From a virus (taxonomy: Duplodnaviria; Caudoviricetes): a stretch of DNA of 64,000 nucleotides. A program made the position numbers and the translations under genes. The notes below the pieces were generated by a model. The model worked only from the letters and a program-made list of their open reading frames with translations. It was not told the DNA's origin and did no database searches. The stretch lies in the IMG/VR virus record IMGVR_UViG_3300037067_012889, positions 32,001 through 96,000 of that record. The stretch is one strand, 5' to 3'. Shown piece after piece: positions 18,831-28,573 of the stretch. Position 1 is the first letter of the stretch, and each line of letters begins with the position of its first letter.

Positions 18831-19303
18831 GTTCGGTGCCTGCCACGTTCTAGTACTGGGCGTCGATTCTTGCGCTCTTCTTGTTTTGCCAATTCTTTAG
18901 CACGAGCAGAATTTCCGCTCATCTTATTGTCAGAGATTACCTGATCTATAGTCTCCCACATAAATTCTCGTTCACATTCGCCGAGAGGCCATTCTTTATC
19001 TCCAACACGCAACACTACATCGATAGTCATATGATTTGAAGAAATAACAATGTCGAATTTATTGGTTACACCATATGCTTTCAACATTCGTCTTTTGCAT
19101 TCGGCGAATGATGAGAGACCTATTCCATTCGTCATGGTGATATATGCCATATCATTTACAACGGCATTAATATGACAATATAATATCGCTCCACAGATAG
19201 GGCGAACTTCCACACAGACAGAATGAGTTTCTTTGACATTATCTTGATCACATTCAGTCTCAGTGTCGCTTTCAACGCTGTCTTCATCGTCGATAAAATC
19301 CAT
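18827..19303 (-). CDS. Hypothetical protein
   Basis: GGAG RBS before MDFIDD. Confidence 0.55.
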   Translation of the reverse strand: MDFIDDEDSVESDTETECDQDNVKETHSVCVEVRPICGAILYCHINAVVNDMAYITMTNGIGLSSFAECKRRMLKAYGVTNKFDIVISSNHMTIDVVLRVGDKEWPLGECEREFMWETIDQVISDNKMSGNSARAKELAKQEERKNRRPVLERGRHRT

Positions 19304-19465
19304 TACAACTCCGCAAGAAAATTTACAGTGGTAAATATGATGGCTCAGGAGCACATCATGCACAGGCTCAAACGATTATTGTGTTTTAGAAAACGTAAAA
19401 AGGCCATATGTTTTCGGTGGCGTATTGGCCCGGTTGAAACATCACCGAAAAATGGAGAAGTTACG

Positions 19466-19846
19466 ATGAGTATTGTCCTTAAAGACACCCAGAGAGTTTC
19501 CATTAGTGTATCGCCGGTTGATGCAAAGGGGAACCCAGCAAAAGTGGACGGAGCACCTTCTTGGGCAGTAGTTGGCCCCGCAATCGTCACACTTGTGCCA
19601 TCCGACGACGGGTTGACATGTGTCGCAACAACAACCGGTGATTTGGGCACAACCCAAATCACGGTGTCGGCAGACGCCGATGTTGGCGAAGGTGTGCAAA
19701 CCATCTCTGGCCTACTGGACGTCGAAGTTGTTGGTGGTGTTGCCGTCAGTTTGAGTGTTGCTGCTGGCGTTCCTGAGGAAATTCCTACCACGCCAGAAAC
19801 CACTACGACGCCAGCACCAGTTGCGACCGATGCACCGGCTGCGTAG
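19466..19846 (+). CDS. Ig-like beta-sandwich protein
   Basis: Beta-strand-rich V/T/G sequence, PT-rich tail; GGAG RBS. Confidence 0.6.
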   Translation: MSIVLKDTQRVSISVSPVDAKGNPAKVDGAPSWAVVGPAIVTLVPSDDGLTCVATTTGDLGTTQITVSADADVGEGVQTISGLLDVEVVGGVAVSLSVAAGVPEEIPTTPETTTTPAPVATDAPAA

Positions 19847-19869
19847 TTTCATTGCTATTTGATTATCGT

Positions 19870-19905
19870 GCCGCCCTGCCAGCTTAGCTGGCAGGGCGGC
19901 TATTT
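19870..19905 (+). terminator. Rho-independent terminator-like hairpin between convergent genes
   Basis: 14-bp GC stem GCCGCCCTGCCAGC/GCTGGCAGGGCGGC. Confidence 0.7.
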
Positions 19906-19997
19906 AGAACGTACGTGGCAGTGGTACTACATTTCGCCGTTTGTACTGCTGATCTGGTAAATCTCGTGGTGGTATATCATCTCGAATGATATAGAAT

Positions 19998-20750
19998 TTA
20001 TTGTTCATCTTTGTCGTGTGATCTCTTCTGATCTTCCATGTTTCTGATTGCGTTGTCTGAACAAGCAACAATATCAAGTGGACCTATCCACATAGGCTCT
20101 CTCGATACTGACAATTTGTCCATTACAATATCCCTCGGATCCAACAATCCAATTCTGCCCTTCGATCCAGATGGGAGTCGAATCGATAGTGCAGTGATCA
20201 TGTTGTCATGACAAAAGCTCGCTGCAATCTTTTGTTCTTCTGCCGACAGATTATCAAATTCCGACATGTCTATCAGACCGTTTGGTGATCTTGACTGCAG
20301 CATTGGCCGCGATCCGAATCGCAGCGGTTGAAATAAAATTACTTTATCACCAGATGAAAGATCTTCGCGCTCTATCAGATTGCGGAGTTTGAATCTTTTG
20401 ACGCTCTCGCTAAGATTAGGCATCAAGACAATGCTATATCTATCATCAGTAACGGCCCAATCTAGTGTGAACCATTTATCGGGCCGATTGTCGGACCATT
20501 CATAAAGATCACGATAAACTTCCGCAGCATCCGGTATCAAAAAGACCGGTGCAAAAGGCGAGCTACCTTCAACAGAACTATCAGATACCCAGATACAGCT
20601 GGCTGCCTCTGCGATAACAGAGGCGTCAGAGACAATTTGATATATGTCAGTGATCTGTTTTTTAGATGGGTCATTAATTATAGATTTATCTGTCCGCCTA
20701 CAGCACATTGGGAAATATGATACAATAATTTGCATACTAGACTCTTGCAT
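19998..20750 (-). CDS. Hypothetical protein
   Basis: 250-aa ORF. Confidence 0.6.
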   Translation of the reverse strand: MQESSMQIIVSYFPMCCRRTDKSIINDPSKKQITDIYQIVSDASVIAEAASCIWVSDSSVEGSSPFAPVFLIPDAAEVYRDLYEWSDNRPDKWFTLDWAVTDDRYSIVLMPNLSESVKRFKLRNLIEREDLSSGDKVILFQPLRFGSRPMLQSRSPNGLIDMSEFDNLSAEEQKIAASFCHDNMITALSIRLPSGSKGRIGLLDPRDIVMDKLSVSREPMWIGPLDIVACSDNAIRNMEDQKRSHDKDEQ

Positions 20751-20753
20751 AAC

Positions 20754-20954
20754 TCACCATCGGCCTTGTCTCAGGTATGGTTCAAGTGCTTTCAATTCTA
20801 CAATATGGCCTTCTATCGCATCCAATGCCTTATCACACGCAATACCATTTCTAAAATTATACATATGTCCTTCCATAGACATAAGAATCACGACATGCTG
20901 ATCAAATGGGTTTTCTTGCTTCCAATGCTCTCGCCAGTTCTTTTCACACATCAT
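20754..20954 (-). CDS. Hypothetical protein
   Basis: Minus-strand run. Confidence 0.5.
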   Translation of the reverse strand: MMCEKNWREHWKQENPFDQHVVILMSMEGHMYNFRNGIACDKALDAIEGHIVELKALEPYLRQGRW

Positions 20955-21133
20955 CTATTAACCCAGTGTGTACGATATTGACGTTTGATTGTATCAAACT
21001 TCCAAACTTTATACTGCGATTTTCTGCAAAGAGTGCATGCTCTTACCTGTGGAACAATTTTATTATTGCCGCATGCAGGCCCTTCAACTATTGTCCGCCA
21101 TTTATGTTGGCACATAGTAACTCTGGTCGCCAT
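20951..21133 (-). CDS. Small zinc-binding protein
   Basis: CQHKW...CTLC. Confidence 0.5.
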   Translation of the reverse strand: MATRVTMCQHKWRTIVEGPACGNNKIVPQVRACTLCRKSQYKVWKFDTIKRQYRTHWVNR

Positions 21134-21140
21134 TTATATT

Positions 21141-21169
21141 GTTTTAGCACGAACGACGAACACGCTTAG
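21141..21169 (-). promoter_or_regulatory. Phage promoter motif variant
   Basis: CTAA-N14-CGTGCTAAAAC. Confidence 0.5.
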
Positions 21170-21187
21170 CCCAGGCGACCATTATTA

Positions 21188-21442
21188 TTATTCGCTTTGT
21201 TTGCCTAAAGTATCGACTGGCACATATTCGGAAAATCCAAACAAACTGCGCCATGATACTAGATATAATTTACCCCAATTCCGGCGAAAGAAGCATCGCC
21301 ACGGAACTCCACCACCAAGTGTTAGGCGTTTTTTCCAAAATGGGACCCATTGCTGTCTAAGAAGACACCATCGATAAAAGCCATATGGGCTTCGTTTTAG
21401 CCATCTGAGCTTAAACGGGCACCCATAAATAGTCAGATGCAT
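21188..21442 (-). CDS. Hypothetical protein (W/R-rich)
   Basis: Start overlaps previous stop. Confidence 0.4.
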   Translation of the reverse strand: MHLTIYGCPFKLRWLKRSPYGFYRWCLLRQQWVPFWKKRLTLGGGVPWRCFFRRNWGKLYLVSWRSLFGFSEYVPVDTLGKQSE

Positions 21443-21639
21443 TATGGTACTTCCTCGACAGCGATCGCCTGATCACTGTCTAGATACCACCCCTGAATAT
21501 CTTCCATAGTAGTAAGATTTTCTGGTATTTCGCTGTCGAGTGCCTTCGCCGCTTCTTCTGGCGAACTAGCCATATCAACAAACTTGATTTTGACTTCTTG
21601 CGTAAAAAGATTCGCTATCGCTACTGCAAAACGGCTCAT
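21442..21639 (-). CDS. Hypothetical protein
   Basis: GGAGG RBS. Confidence 0.6.
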   Translation of the reverse strand: MSRFAVAIANLFTQEVKIKFVDMASSPEEAAKALDSEIPENLTTMEDIQGWYLDSDQAIAVEEVP

Positions 21640-21914
21640 AGTGTTCCCTCCTGTCCACAGACTTCATCCCACTCTTTTTTGATGGCCTCTAATTCTTCTG
21701 ACGTTATAGATTCTGGATCAAAATGAAAATCATTGTGGTTCTGATCCATCACGGAGTAGCCGTGCTCTATCGAGAATAGCTCGCCGAAAAAATCAAAAAC
21801 AACAACTGCACCATATTCTTCATAGTCGCTCCATGAATTTTCATAGACGACTTCGAGATTCTCAAAGCCACTAGGACAATCGTCTTCAAGACACTCCAAC
21901 AAAGTCATATTCAA
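21636..21914 (-). CDS. Acidic hypothetical protein
   Basis: Downstream of promoter motif. Confidence 0.6.
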   Translation of the reverse strand: MNMTLLECLEDDCPSGFENLEVVYENSWSDYEEYGAVVVFDFFGELFSIEHGYSVMDQNHNDFHFDPESITSEELEAIKKEWDEVCGQEGTL

Positions 21915-21941
21915 CTTTTCAATTATTGTTCCCGCCTATCG

Positions 21942-21970
21942 GTTATAGCATAGAGGTTAATCTGAGTTAA
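21942..21970 (-). promoter_or_regulatory. Phage promoter motif
   Basis: TTAA-N14-TATGCTATAAC. Confidence 0.7.
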
Positions 21971-22346
21971 CCTCTTCCGTTGTCCCGAGTAATTTCAACT
22001 GATTTTTCGTAAGTTTAGACGCCTTCCTAAGCATAACTTTACCACTAGCAATGGCACGAATATATGCCATACCATCGATTCCGAGGAATACTTTCCCGTT
22101 AATAAACGTATCTTGGACCCTGACTGTTGGTAAAAACCCTTTACCGTCAAAGCTTTCAACGTGGCAAATTGCCAAACCGTCCTCATTCTTTGCACGTAAA
22201 AAATCTTCAGCATGTATGACAACACAACACTCAGTCGGAATTTCACCTCTCGTATCCAGATCACTGCGCCACACTTGTCGCATTTTCGAATTCATGATGA
22301 CTCTCTGTGACTTTGTATAATACCTATGCTCAGATACTGATGTCAT
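21957..22346 (-). CDS. Hypothetical protein
   Basis: 129-aa ORF. Confidence 0.55.
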   Translation of the reverse strand: MTSVSEHRYYTKSQRVIMNSKMRQVWRSDLDTRGEIPTECCVVIHAEDFLRAKNEDGLAICHVESFDGKGFLPTVRVQDTFINGKVFLGIDGMAYIRAIASGKVMLRKASKLTKNQLKLLGTTEEVNSD

Positions 22347-22359
22347 ATTGGTATTTAAA

Positions 22360-22439
22360 TTAAAAAGTCATCGGTGTCGTGCTAAAACCAATCAGACAAT
22401 TAAAAAATCGTCGGTGTCGTGCTAAAACCAGTCAGATAA
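22360..22439 (+). repeat. Tandem 40-bp duplication carrying two promoter motifs
   Basis: TTAA-N14-CGTGCTAAAAC at 22360 and 22400. Confidence 0.9.
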
Positions 22440-22461
22440 GCATTATAGGAGATATTGAGAA

Positions 22462-23178
22462 ATGTGCGAACCCTGCCACAGCATTGTACAATATCCAGAT
22501 CACGATGACGACGATCGATCGTCTGGGACGCCGACCGAACAGCGCGTTTCCAAGATGAAACTTGGGGAATGGCTTCGGAAAATTGGCCAATGGCTCCATT
22601 TGTCCAAAATGGGCGAAGGCCATACCGAAGCTGTTCAGAAGATGAGCCATCAATCGGAACTCTTCCTCCCAGCGGCCCAACTCTACCTCCCAACTCCAAC
22701 CCTCTACGAAGTGAATTGGTGGGAGCGCACATTGCACATCGACGGTGCATTCCGTGGCGGATTCAATGGAATTGGAAGAAATGGCCTCGCGAGGTACTCT
22801 GCCGAAAATATGGCTGCTCGTAGAGGAGTCAACCAACTTCTCGAACAAGAGGCCAAAAAAGCGGCGCAACAATATGCGAATGCTGTCTCTATCGGCAGTA
22901 TGACTGCATTGCGCAGGTTTCTCACAACATCTATGGAAAAGAGTGTAATGCCGTGGAGGTACATTGAGCTGTTTAAGGAAATGCTTAATGCAGCCGGTCA
23001 AAACAAGTTCCTTCAAAAAATCGGGTCACTTACAATGCGACGTGGCCGTATCGAAACGAGGAATGCCAAAAATGCTACTAAAGTTATGATGTGGTTCACT
23101 CGGAAGCGCGAGTTCCTTATCCCCGAATGGGCAGACGACAAGCGTCTGTGGGTGCCAAACAAGTCCGTCATGGAATAG
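22462..23178 (+). CDS. Hypothetical protein
   Basis: AGGAG RBS downstream of tandem promoters. Confidence 0.65.
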   Translation: MCEPCHSIVQYPDHDDDDRSSGTPTEQRVSKMKLGEWLRKIGQWLHLSKMGEGHTEAVQKMSHQSELFLPAAQLYLPTPTLYEVNWWERTLHIDGAFRGGFNGIGRNGLARYSAENMAARRGVNQLLEQEAKKAAQQYANAVSIGSMTALRRFLTTSMEKSVMPWRYIELFKEMLNAAGQNKFLQKIGSLTMRRGRIETRNAKNATKVMMWFTRKREFLIPEWADDKRLWVPNKSVME

Positions 23179-23424
23179 GACGCCGGGTCATAGCCTTAGT
23201 CTGGTACGCACCCGTCGCTTTACAGCCCATTCCACTAATGGTTGTCAAGAAAGGAGCAAATACAACTCGGTTGCCACTTGGAAAATAGTGGCCGTCGTGA
23301 CCGACCAGAAAAGGTCTGTGGGATTGCCCATATAGGTAGTTCTAGTTTCTAGACCGTGATAATAAGTCTAGAATTATTATCACACCAGTCGAACAAGCTT
23401 GAACCCTATCATCTGGTGGTGTCT
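23178..23424 (+). ncRNA. Candidate structured RNA
   Basis: Terminal pairing GGACGCC/GGTGTCT enclosing several hairpins; no convincing ORF. Confidence 0.35.
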
Positions 23425-23459
23425 TAAATATTAAAATTAAATGAAGAACGAAAAATGTG

Positions 23460-23496
23460 GGCAGCGGGGAGTAGAACATCACTACTCCCCGCTGCC
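23460..23496. terminator. Perfect 15-bp hairpin
   Basis: GGCAGCGGGGAGTAG/CTACTCCCCGCTGCC. Confidence 0.6.
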
Positions 23497-23674
23497 GTAT
23501 TTGAAATGTATGGTTATATTGGTCGACCCCTGTGCTCATGGTCCGCATATCTGGTGGCCAGCCAACATGTGGTGTTATCTTGGTTCCTATATCGATTTCC
23601 TCCGATTAGAGAAGACGCATATTATAGCTAGACGAAATGTCTATTACTTTTCTAAAATAGAAAATTGCTAAGAT

Positions 23675-24475
23675 ATGTATACGACAACTCCGCGTTTGAT
23701 TGCATATCGTGGTATGTCCAAGACAGTTAGAGATTGGGCGATTTTTCTCGGCATACCAGAGACCACTATTCGTGGCAGAATAGCAAGGGGATTGCGGAAT
23801 CCAAGTGAGATTCTGAGTGCGACCTATGCAGCAAACTATGACCATTTAGCACGAACTATTACCTATAATGGTAAAACTCAGTCAGTACAAAAGTGGGCAC
23901 AGGAGCTCGATTTACCGGCAGTCACAATTCATAGGCGAATCAAAATAGGCATTACAAACCCAGAAACACTGCTTTGTACAGACAGACTCGCCAGCAAAAG
24001 GGAAACGATAGAGTACGAAGGCCAATTATGTTTAATTAAAGAATTAGCGGCCACTCGCGGGATTTCAACTACACAGCTACGTAAGCGACTAAAGCATGTC
24101 TCTGTCGAAGAAGCCCTGTCACCGTCATATACTTATCCTGTACGCAATTACCCAGCAACAAGATATACTTGTAATGGCGAAACATTAACGATGCGTGAGT
24201 GGGCAAAAAAGCTCGGATGTACTAGACAATGCATCCATTTACGTCTAAAATCATATCCGCCAGAAATTGCATTAGATCCGATAAAATGGGCGAAATATCC
24301 CATGCATATTGGTCATAGTGGTGGAAAAGTAGCGAAAAGATATGCTTGTAATGGTAAGTCGTTAACCATTCGAGAGTGGGCAAAAAAGCTTGGATATCGA
24401 GAATGCACAATATACGAGCGCTTAAAGAAATATCCAATAGAAATCGCACTAAAGAAACGCAAATGGCTCCGATAG
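23675..24475 (+). CDS. Protein of five tandem HTH-like repeats (homing-endonuclease-associated type)
   Basis: Repeats of Y.G...T..EWA..LG.....I..R; no nuclease motif seen. Confidence 0.7.
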   Translation: MYTTTPRLIAYRGMSKTVRDWAIFLGIPETTIRGRIARGLRNPSEILSATYAANYDHLARTITYNGKTQSVQKWAQELDLPAVTIHRRIKIGITNPETLLCTDRLASKRETIEYEGQLCLIKELAATRGISTTQLRKRLKHVSVEEALSPSYTYPVRNYPATRYTCNGETLTMREWAKKLGCTRQCIHLRLKSYPPEIALDPIKWAKYPMHIGHSGGKVAKRYACNGKSLTIREWAKKLGYRECTIYERLKKYPIEIALKKRKWLR

Positions 24476-24729
24476 GTGAATGCGTTTTCTGCGGCTATTG
24501 CTGTAAGAAGGCTCCCTGTGGCTGGGGAGCGTTGGCTAAAGATGGTTCGTGTGCAAAACTCATTCCACACCCGATACTGCCATGTCGATTTATCTGTGGC
24601 ATCTATGACGAAATCATCGGTAAGCCTACATCCGAAATCAGCCCTGCGTTTGGTGCTGGCTGCTGTTGCGGCCTGAATTCTCTTCGTAGGCATATCATAT
24701 TTATCAATAAAATAATATGCAATGGATGA
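24463..24729 (+). CDS. Cys-cluster protein (CxxCxxCC type)
   Basis: CVFCGYCC...PC...C..L...C.IY. Confidence 0.6.
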   Translation: MAPIGECVFCGYCCKKAPCGWGALAKDGSCAKLIPHPILPCRFICGIYDEIIGKPTSEISPAFGAGCCCGLNSLRRHIIFINKIICNG

Positions 24730-24925
24730 CACATATTGCTATCGGTGCGGAGACAAGGTAATACCAAACGTAGACGCCATATTAGATTATGGTGATAATT
24801 ACCTATGTGCTATATGCCACTACATCGAATTTGATGTCTTCCCGACAGGAATGACACCAACCGATTATCCAGAAAACTACCACTCTTCATCGTCGTCATC
24901 TTCGCCGCCGATAGCGGGCACGTAA
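24722..24925 (+). CDS. Small zinc-finger protein
   Basis: CYRC...CAIC. Confidence 0.45.
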   Translation: MDDTYCYRCGDKVIPNVDAILDYGDNYLCAICHYIEFDVFPTGMTPTDYPENYHSSSSSSSPPIAGT

Positions 24926-27882
24926 TTAATTACGACTTCCTTGATTTTCTCGTAGTATTCGACTTCATTTGCCGTGCCATCATATCCATATGCACGTGCA
25001 CTGGAAAGCAATTTGTCGATTGTCCATCCATCGATATCGACGCCACGCTCGATGACATATTCAGAGATGACCCTGACCCAGCTAGGCCAAAGATTGCTTG
25101 GGACTTTTAAATCTTCCTTATAATCTTCCCATAATTCGCCATCGTCATCGATGTATTCTTCGAGGAATTTTATGTGTTGCTCTTCGTACCAGACTACTTT
25201 AATCGCTTCGTATACTTTATTTTCAATAGCACGAATTGGTTTCATCAATCTGCGCTTTTCTGTCCTAATCTTTTCAACCTTGCACTCTTCAATAGCAGCC
25301 AATGCCACGTTCTCATCAAAAACGATAAGCGCGTTATTTTTCCATTGCGGATTATTCAGATCCACTGAACGTCCGCTACAACACGATAGTTTGAAGCTCA
25401 AACCATCTTTTTTACACCACCTGATGTTGACGGTAGAATATTCAGGACCTTCAACACATCTGGTTAATAATTTTTTCGCCAGTGCTGCGTGATATTGCAA
25501 GAAATAGAGAGTAAGCCTTTCTTTCTCTTCTACTGTAATAGCAAGCGGCTTCATCCATATTCGACGTCCGTCTTTGCGTCTCCAATCAGTGAACGCCGAA
25601 CGATCATCTGCATCTGGTGCAATTGCTTTTTCCAATTCGGCCAACGCATATTCTGCGGCTTGCTTCCGCTCCATGTCGGTCAGATGTTCCTGTGGTCGTG
25701 CCCCGATGAGCCACTCACTCCATCGTGCGTGATTCCATATCAGCTGCCAGCTTTCATGACGCTTATCGACGACGGTCCATTCTTTCACAGACACCATGCG
25801 TACAAACACACCACAATCAAAATGGATGATGTTGGTGCCATCAGTTGATGCCAGCACGGACCCAAGTTGAGTATCGGCACACAACTTCCAAACTTCCTCC
25901 CTGGCCCAAATGTTTTCAGCATTCTCGCACCGTAACACTACGTAGCTCCGATCGGGTCGATAGAAGACGGCCATCGTTTTGTCGTCGCAAAGTTTGCCGA
26001 CAGCCTGCTCATGTGCTTCCGTCAAAGCTCCGTCATTTAGTAGCTTCCGACGACCGAATTCAACAACGATCATTCTCAATGCTTTCGAATCGTCAGACGT
26101 TAATGCACGGTGTTCTCGCGTCTTGAATTTCCACCATTTTATCAATGCATCAATGCTTCTCTCCGCCCTCGCAAATGAAACGTCGTGCTTTTTAGCAATT
26201 TCGCTAACAAGCAATTGGCGAAATGGTGCTTCTTCGGCTGCTTCTCTCTTTTTAATCGCCAATGCCGCCTTTAATAGCGGTATCATACTGAGATAGCGAT
26301 GACGATTCGTTCGCGACCTGATATAGAACTCAATGTCGGAGGCAGTAACGCTGTCGATATTGATGATGAAGTCGTCAGTTAAACAGATGCGATAACTCAC
26401 ACGTGGTCTATTAGCGTCCGCATAGTCAGATTGGTATAAGAATTTAAAGCTTCTTTCATCAATCTTTCTATCGAGAACATATATCTCATGGTCGTTCGGC
26501 CAGCTGGCCCATCTATTGCTCTTTCGGTCTTCCAAGCCATGCTGCCGAGAGTAAAAACTGTCGAACTCGCCAATGATTCTGCATCCTACTTCCAACTCAT
26601 TGTTCACATTGGCGAGCCAATCTTTATAACTCGGCCTTCCATTTCCAAGCAAGTTCTCAGCGTCATACAGTAACGTTATGTACTTCTGGCCATCCAGATT
26701 ACAGACGTTGATTTGCTCATTGATCGGCAATGGATGAAACACTTTTGTGCGATCGAGCAGACCCTGGATCAGAATCAATGCCGTATAAAATCGGCGTTTC
26801 TTCGCTTCGGCCCTGTCCATAGCCTGCATATACTTTGCAGACCCTGGGATTAATGGTTCTCGCTTCTGCTCGCGCGTATCCCAATCCGTGTGCGTTTCGT
26901 AGAAGAAGTGTTCGAACTCGTCTTTTCGTGGCAAAAACACTTCATCGACCCATAGCGTCGTATAGATTCGATATAAGTTGTCGCCATTACGAATAAGAAT
27001 GTAAAGGCACTTGTTCAGACGATTCAATTCACCGTTGACAAGCGGATTGTCGTCGTAAAACTTATCATTACGCCGAGGCTTGATTGCCACGACGCCTTTA
27101 GTTTCAGGCAACACCTGTTGCAGGTGAGATGGCTCACATATCCATCGATCGAATTCGGATATTTCTTTGAAATCGACACCGCCACGCTTGGCCATGTCTT
27201 CTGCAGCCGCACTTTCTTCATCCATGAATAACACTTGCTGCCTGATGACTATTTTCTCGTCATCGGGTGCTGGCTCACCTTTCGCCAATCGGATGATCTC
27301 TTCGTCCTGCCCCAAGTAAGCATTGATCATATAGATTGCTTCTTGGGCCATTTCGATTTGTCGAGTTAGAGCATCCGTTTTCGCTCTCAGGATCAATTCT
27401 TGCTCTTTAATCAGCGTCTGCAGAGCAGAATGCCGTTTTGCAATTTGATTCTTCGTAACAGCAAAAACGGTTTTTACTCTTTTCAGATTCTTAGCAGCCG
27501 TTGTTGGATTCGCACGGCTCGCCATTGCGATTAGATCTGTCCCGGTCGGCTGTTGTGATTCGACCGGATGTGCATCGTCAGCTAGCAATTTCGGTGTTGA
27601 AGCCGATTCGATAAGGTTGTCCTGACGATCGCCGACAGCATGCAGACTCGACATTAGGGCGACGAGTTCTCTTTGTCGTTCCTCGACCCCATCTGGGGCA
27701 TATTCGAAGTGGTCTAGAAATACTTCGAGCGTGAACGTCCAAGTACTGTCGCCCTTAATGAGCGTTACTTCGTCTCCTTGGACACCCGAAAGATACCACA
27801 GGCTACCGACTTCACATCGGCTACCATCACGATCCTCGGATTCATCGATACATTCAGTAAGTTTGTAATATCCTTGTTCCAT
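24877..27882 (-). CDS. Large hypothetical protein (1001 aa) with coiled-coil segment
   Basis: Uninterrupted 3-kb ORF; leaderless start. Confidence 0.85.
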   Translation of the reverse strand: MEQGYYKLTECIDESEDRDGSRCEVGSLWYLSGVQGDEVTLIKGDSTWTFTLEVFLDHFEYAPDGVEERQRELVALMSSLHAVGDRQDNLIESASTPKLLADDAHPVESQQPTGTDLIAMASRANPTTAAKNLKRVKTVFAVTKNQIAKRHSALQTLIKEQELILRAKTDALTRQIEMAQEAIYMINAYLGQDEEIIRLAKGEPAPDDEKIVIRQQVLFMDEESAAAEDMAKRGGVDFKEISEFDRWICEPSHLQQVLPETKGVVAIKPRRNDKFYDDNPLVNGELNRLNKCLYILIRNGDNLYRIYTTLWVDEVFLPRKDEFEHFFYETHTDWDTREQKREPLIPGSAKYMQAMDRAEAKKRRFYTALILIQGLLDRTKVFHPLPINEQINVCNLDGQKYITLLYDAENLLGNGRPSYKDWLANVNNELEVGCRIIGEFDSFYSRQHGLEDRKSNRWASWPNDHEIYVLDRKIDERSFKFLYQSDYADANRPRVSYRICLTDDFIINIDSVTASDIEFYIRSRTNRHRYLSMIPLLKAALAIKKREAAEEAPFRQLLVSEIAKKHDVSFARAERSIDALIKWWKFKTREHRALTSDDSKALRMIVVEFGRRKLLNDGALTEAHEQAVGKLCDDKTMAVFYRPDRSYVVLRCENAENIWAREEVWKLCADTQLGSVLASTDGTNIIHFDCGVFVRMVSVKEWTVVDKRHESWQLIWNHARWSEWLIGARPQEHLTDMERKQAAEYALAELEKAIAPDADDRSAFTDWRRKDGRRIWMKPLAITVEEKERLTLYFLQYHAALAKKLLTRCVEGPEYSTVNIRWCKKDGLSFKLSCCSGRSVDLNNPQWKNNALIVFDENVALAAIEECKVEKIRTEKRRLMKPIRAIENKVYEAIKVVWYEEQHIKFLEEYIDDDGELWEDYKEDLKVPSNLWPSWVRVISEYVIERGVDIDGWTIDKLLSSARAYGYDGTANEVEYYEKIKEVVINYVPAIGGEDDDDEEW

Positions 27883-27887
27883 GATTA

Positions 27888-27941
27888 GTTATAGCATCAT
27901 AAAACATCTTTATTAATTATGGCAACAAATTGTGCTATAAA
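27888..27941. promoter_or_regulatory. Bidirectional promoter pair sharing one TTAA
   Basis: GTTATAGCATC-N14-TTAA(27913-16)-N14-TGTGCTATAAA. Confidence 0.8.
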
Positions 27942-27957
27942 TGTTTGGGAGATAATA

Positions 27958-28170
27958 ATGGAAATACCTGGCGTCCTGGAAATCGATCACGAACGTGGTG
28001 TCGTTTACTTCCACACCGATGATAGCAAAGCATTGAAAGTATATGGTGCTACGACTATCTTACGTATCTGTGGTCTTGGTAAAATACCCAAGAAGGCCAT
28101 GGATGTTACTCTACGGCCAAAAGAACAACTTAACACAGATGTCTGTGCAATCGTTGCGTATTCTACCTAA
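27958..28170 (+). CDS. Hypothetical protein
   Basis: GGAG RBS. Confidence 0.6.
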   Translation: MEIPGVLEIDHERGVVYFHTDDSKALKVYGATTILRICGLGKIPKKAMDVTLRPKEQLNTDVCAIVAYST

Positions 28171-28568
28171 CTATGCTCTTCCAAGAATCGATCAATGATC
28201 TTGGCAATGCTGCTGTCGTCGATTACTTGCGTTCGATACGCCGTCAACAATGATGTCAAATCTATTTCATCAGCCAGCTCTTTAGTCTCTTCTAAACTGA
28301 CATATTCTCCCGACTCACCAGCGGGGACATTGTCCATTAACGGTCCAATTATCCTCCTCGCCCCGGTTATTCCTATAGTGATCCAGAGTGAACCTTCCGT
28401 AAGTCCTTCTATGAAAATTGCATTGTCTCGAATGTGTGGTGGAAAATCGTCTCGATTTTTACAACCGATGAACGACAATAATAACTCTACATTGCCATTC
28501 TCAGTCGGCATGAGAATGGCAATGGAATTTTTAGAAGTGACGCCATTAATTCTGTTTGGTTTGTCCAT
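28167..28568 (-). CDS. Hypothetical protein
   Basis: Leaderless start 6 nt after -10 box. Confidence 0.6.
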   Translation of the reverse strand: MDKPNRINGVTSKNSIAILMPTENGNVELLLSFIGCKNRDDFPPHIRDNAIFIEGLTEGSLWITIGITGARRIIGPLMDNVPAGESGEYVSLEETKELADEIDLTSLLTAYRTQVIDDSSIAKIIDRFLEEHS

Positions 28569-28573
28569 AGTAT

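Noticed and set aside
21332-21346. TTTCCAAAATGGGAC as a palindrome copy
   Set aside because: Two mismatches and inside a coding region; consistent with chance.
22360-22430. CIRCE (HrcA) operators suggested by GTGCTAA
   Set aside because: No TTAGCACTC-N9-GAGTGCTAA inverted pair; the half-site is the extended -10 of the promoter motif.
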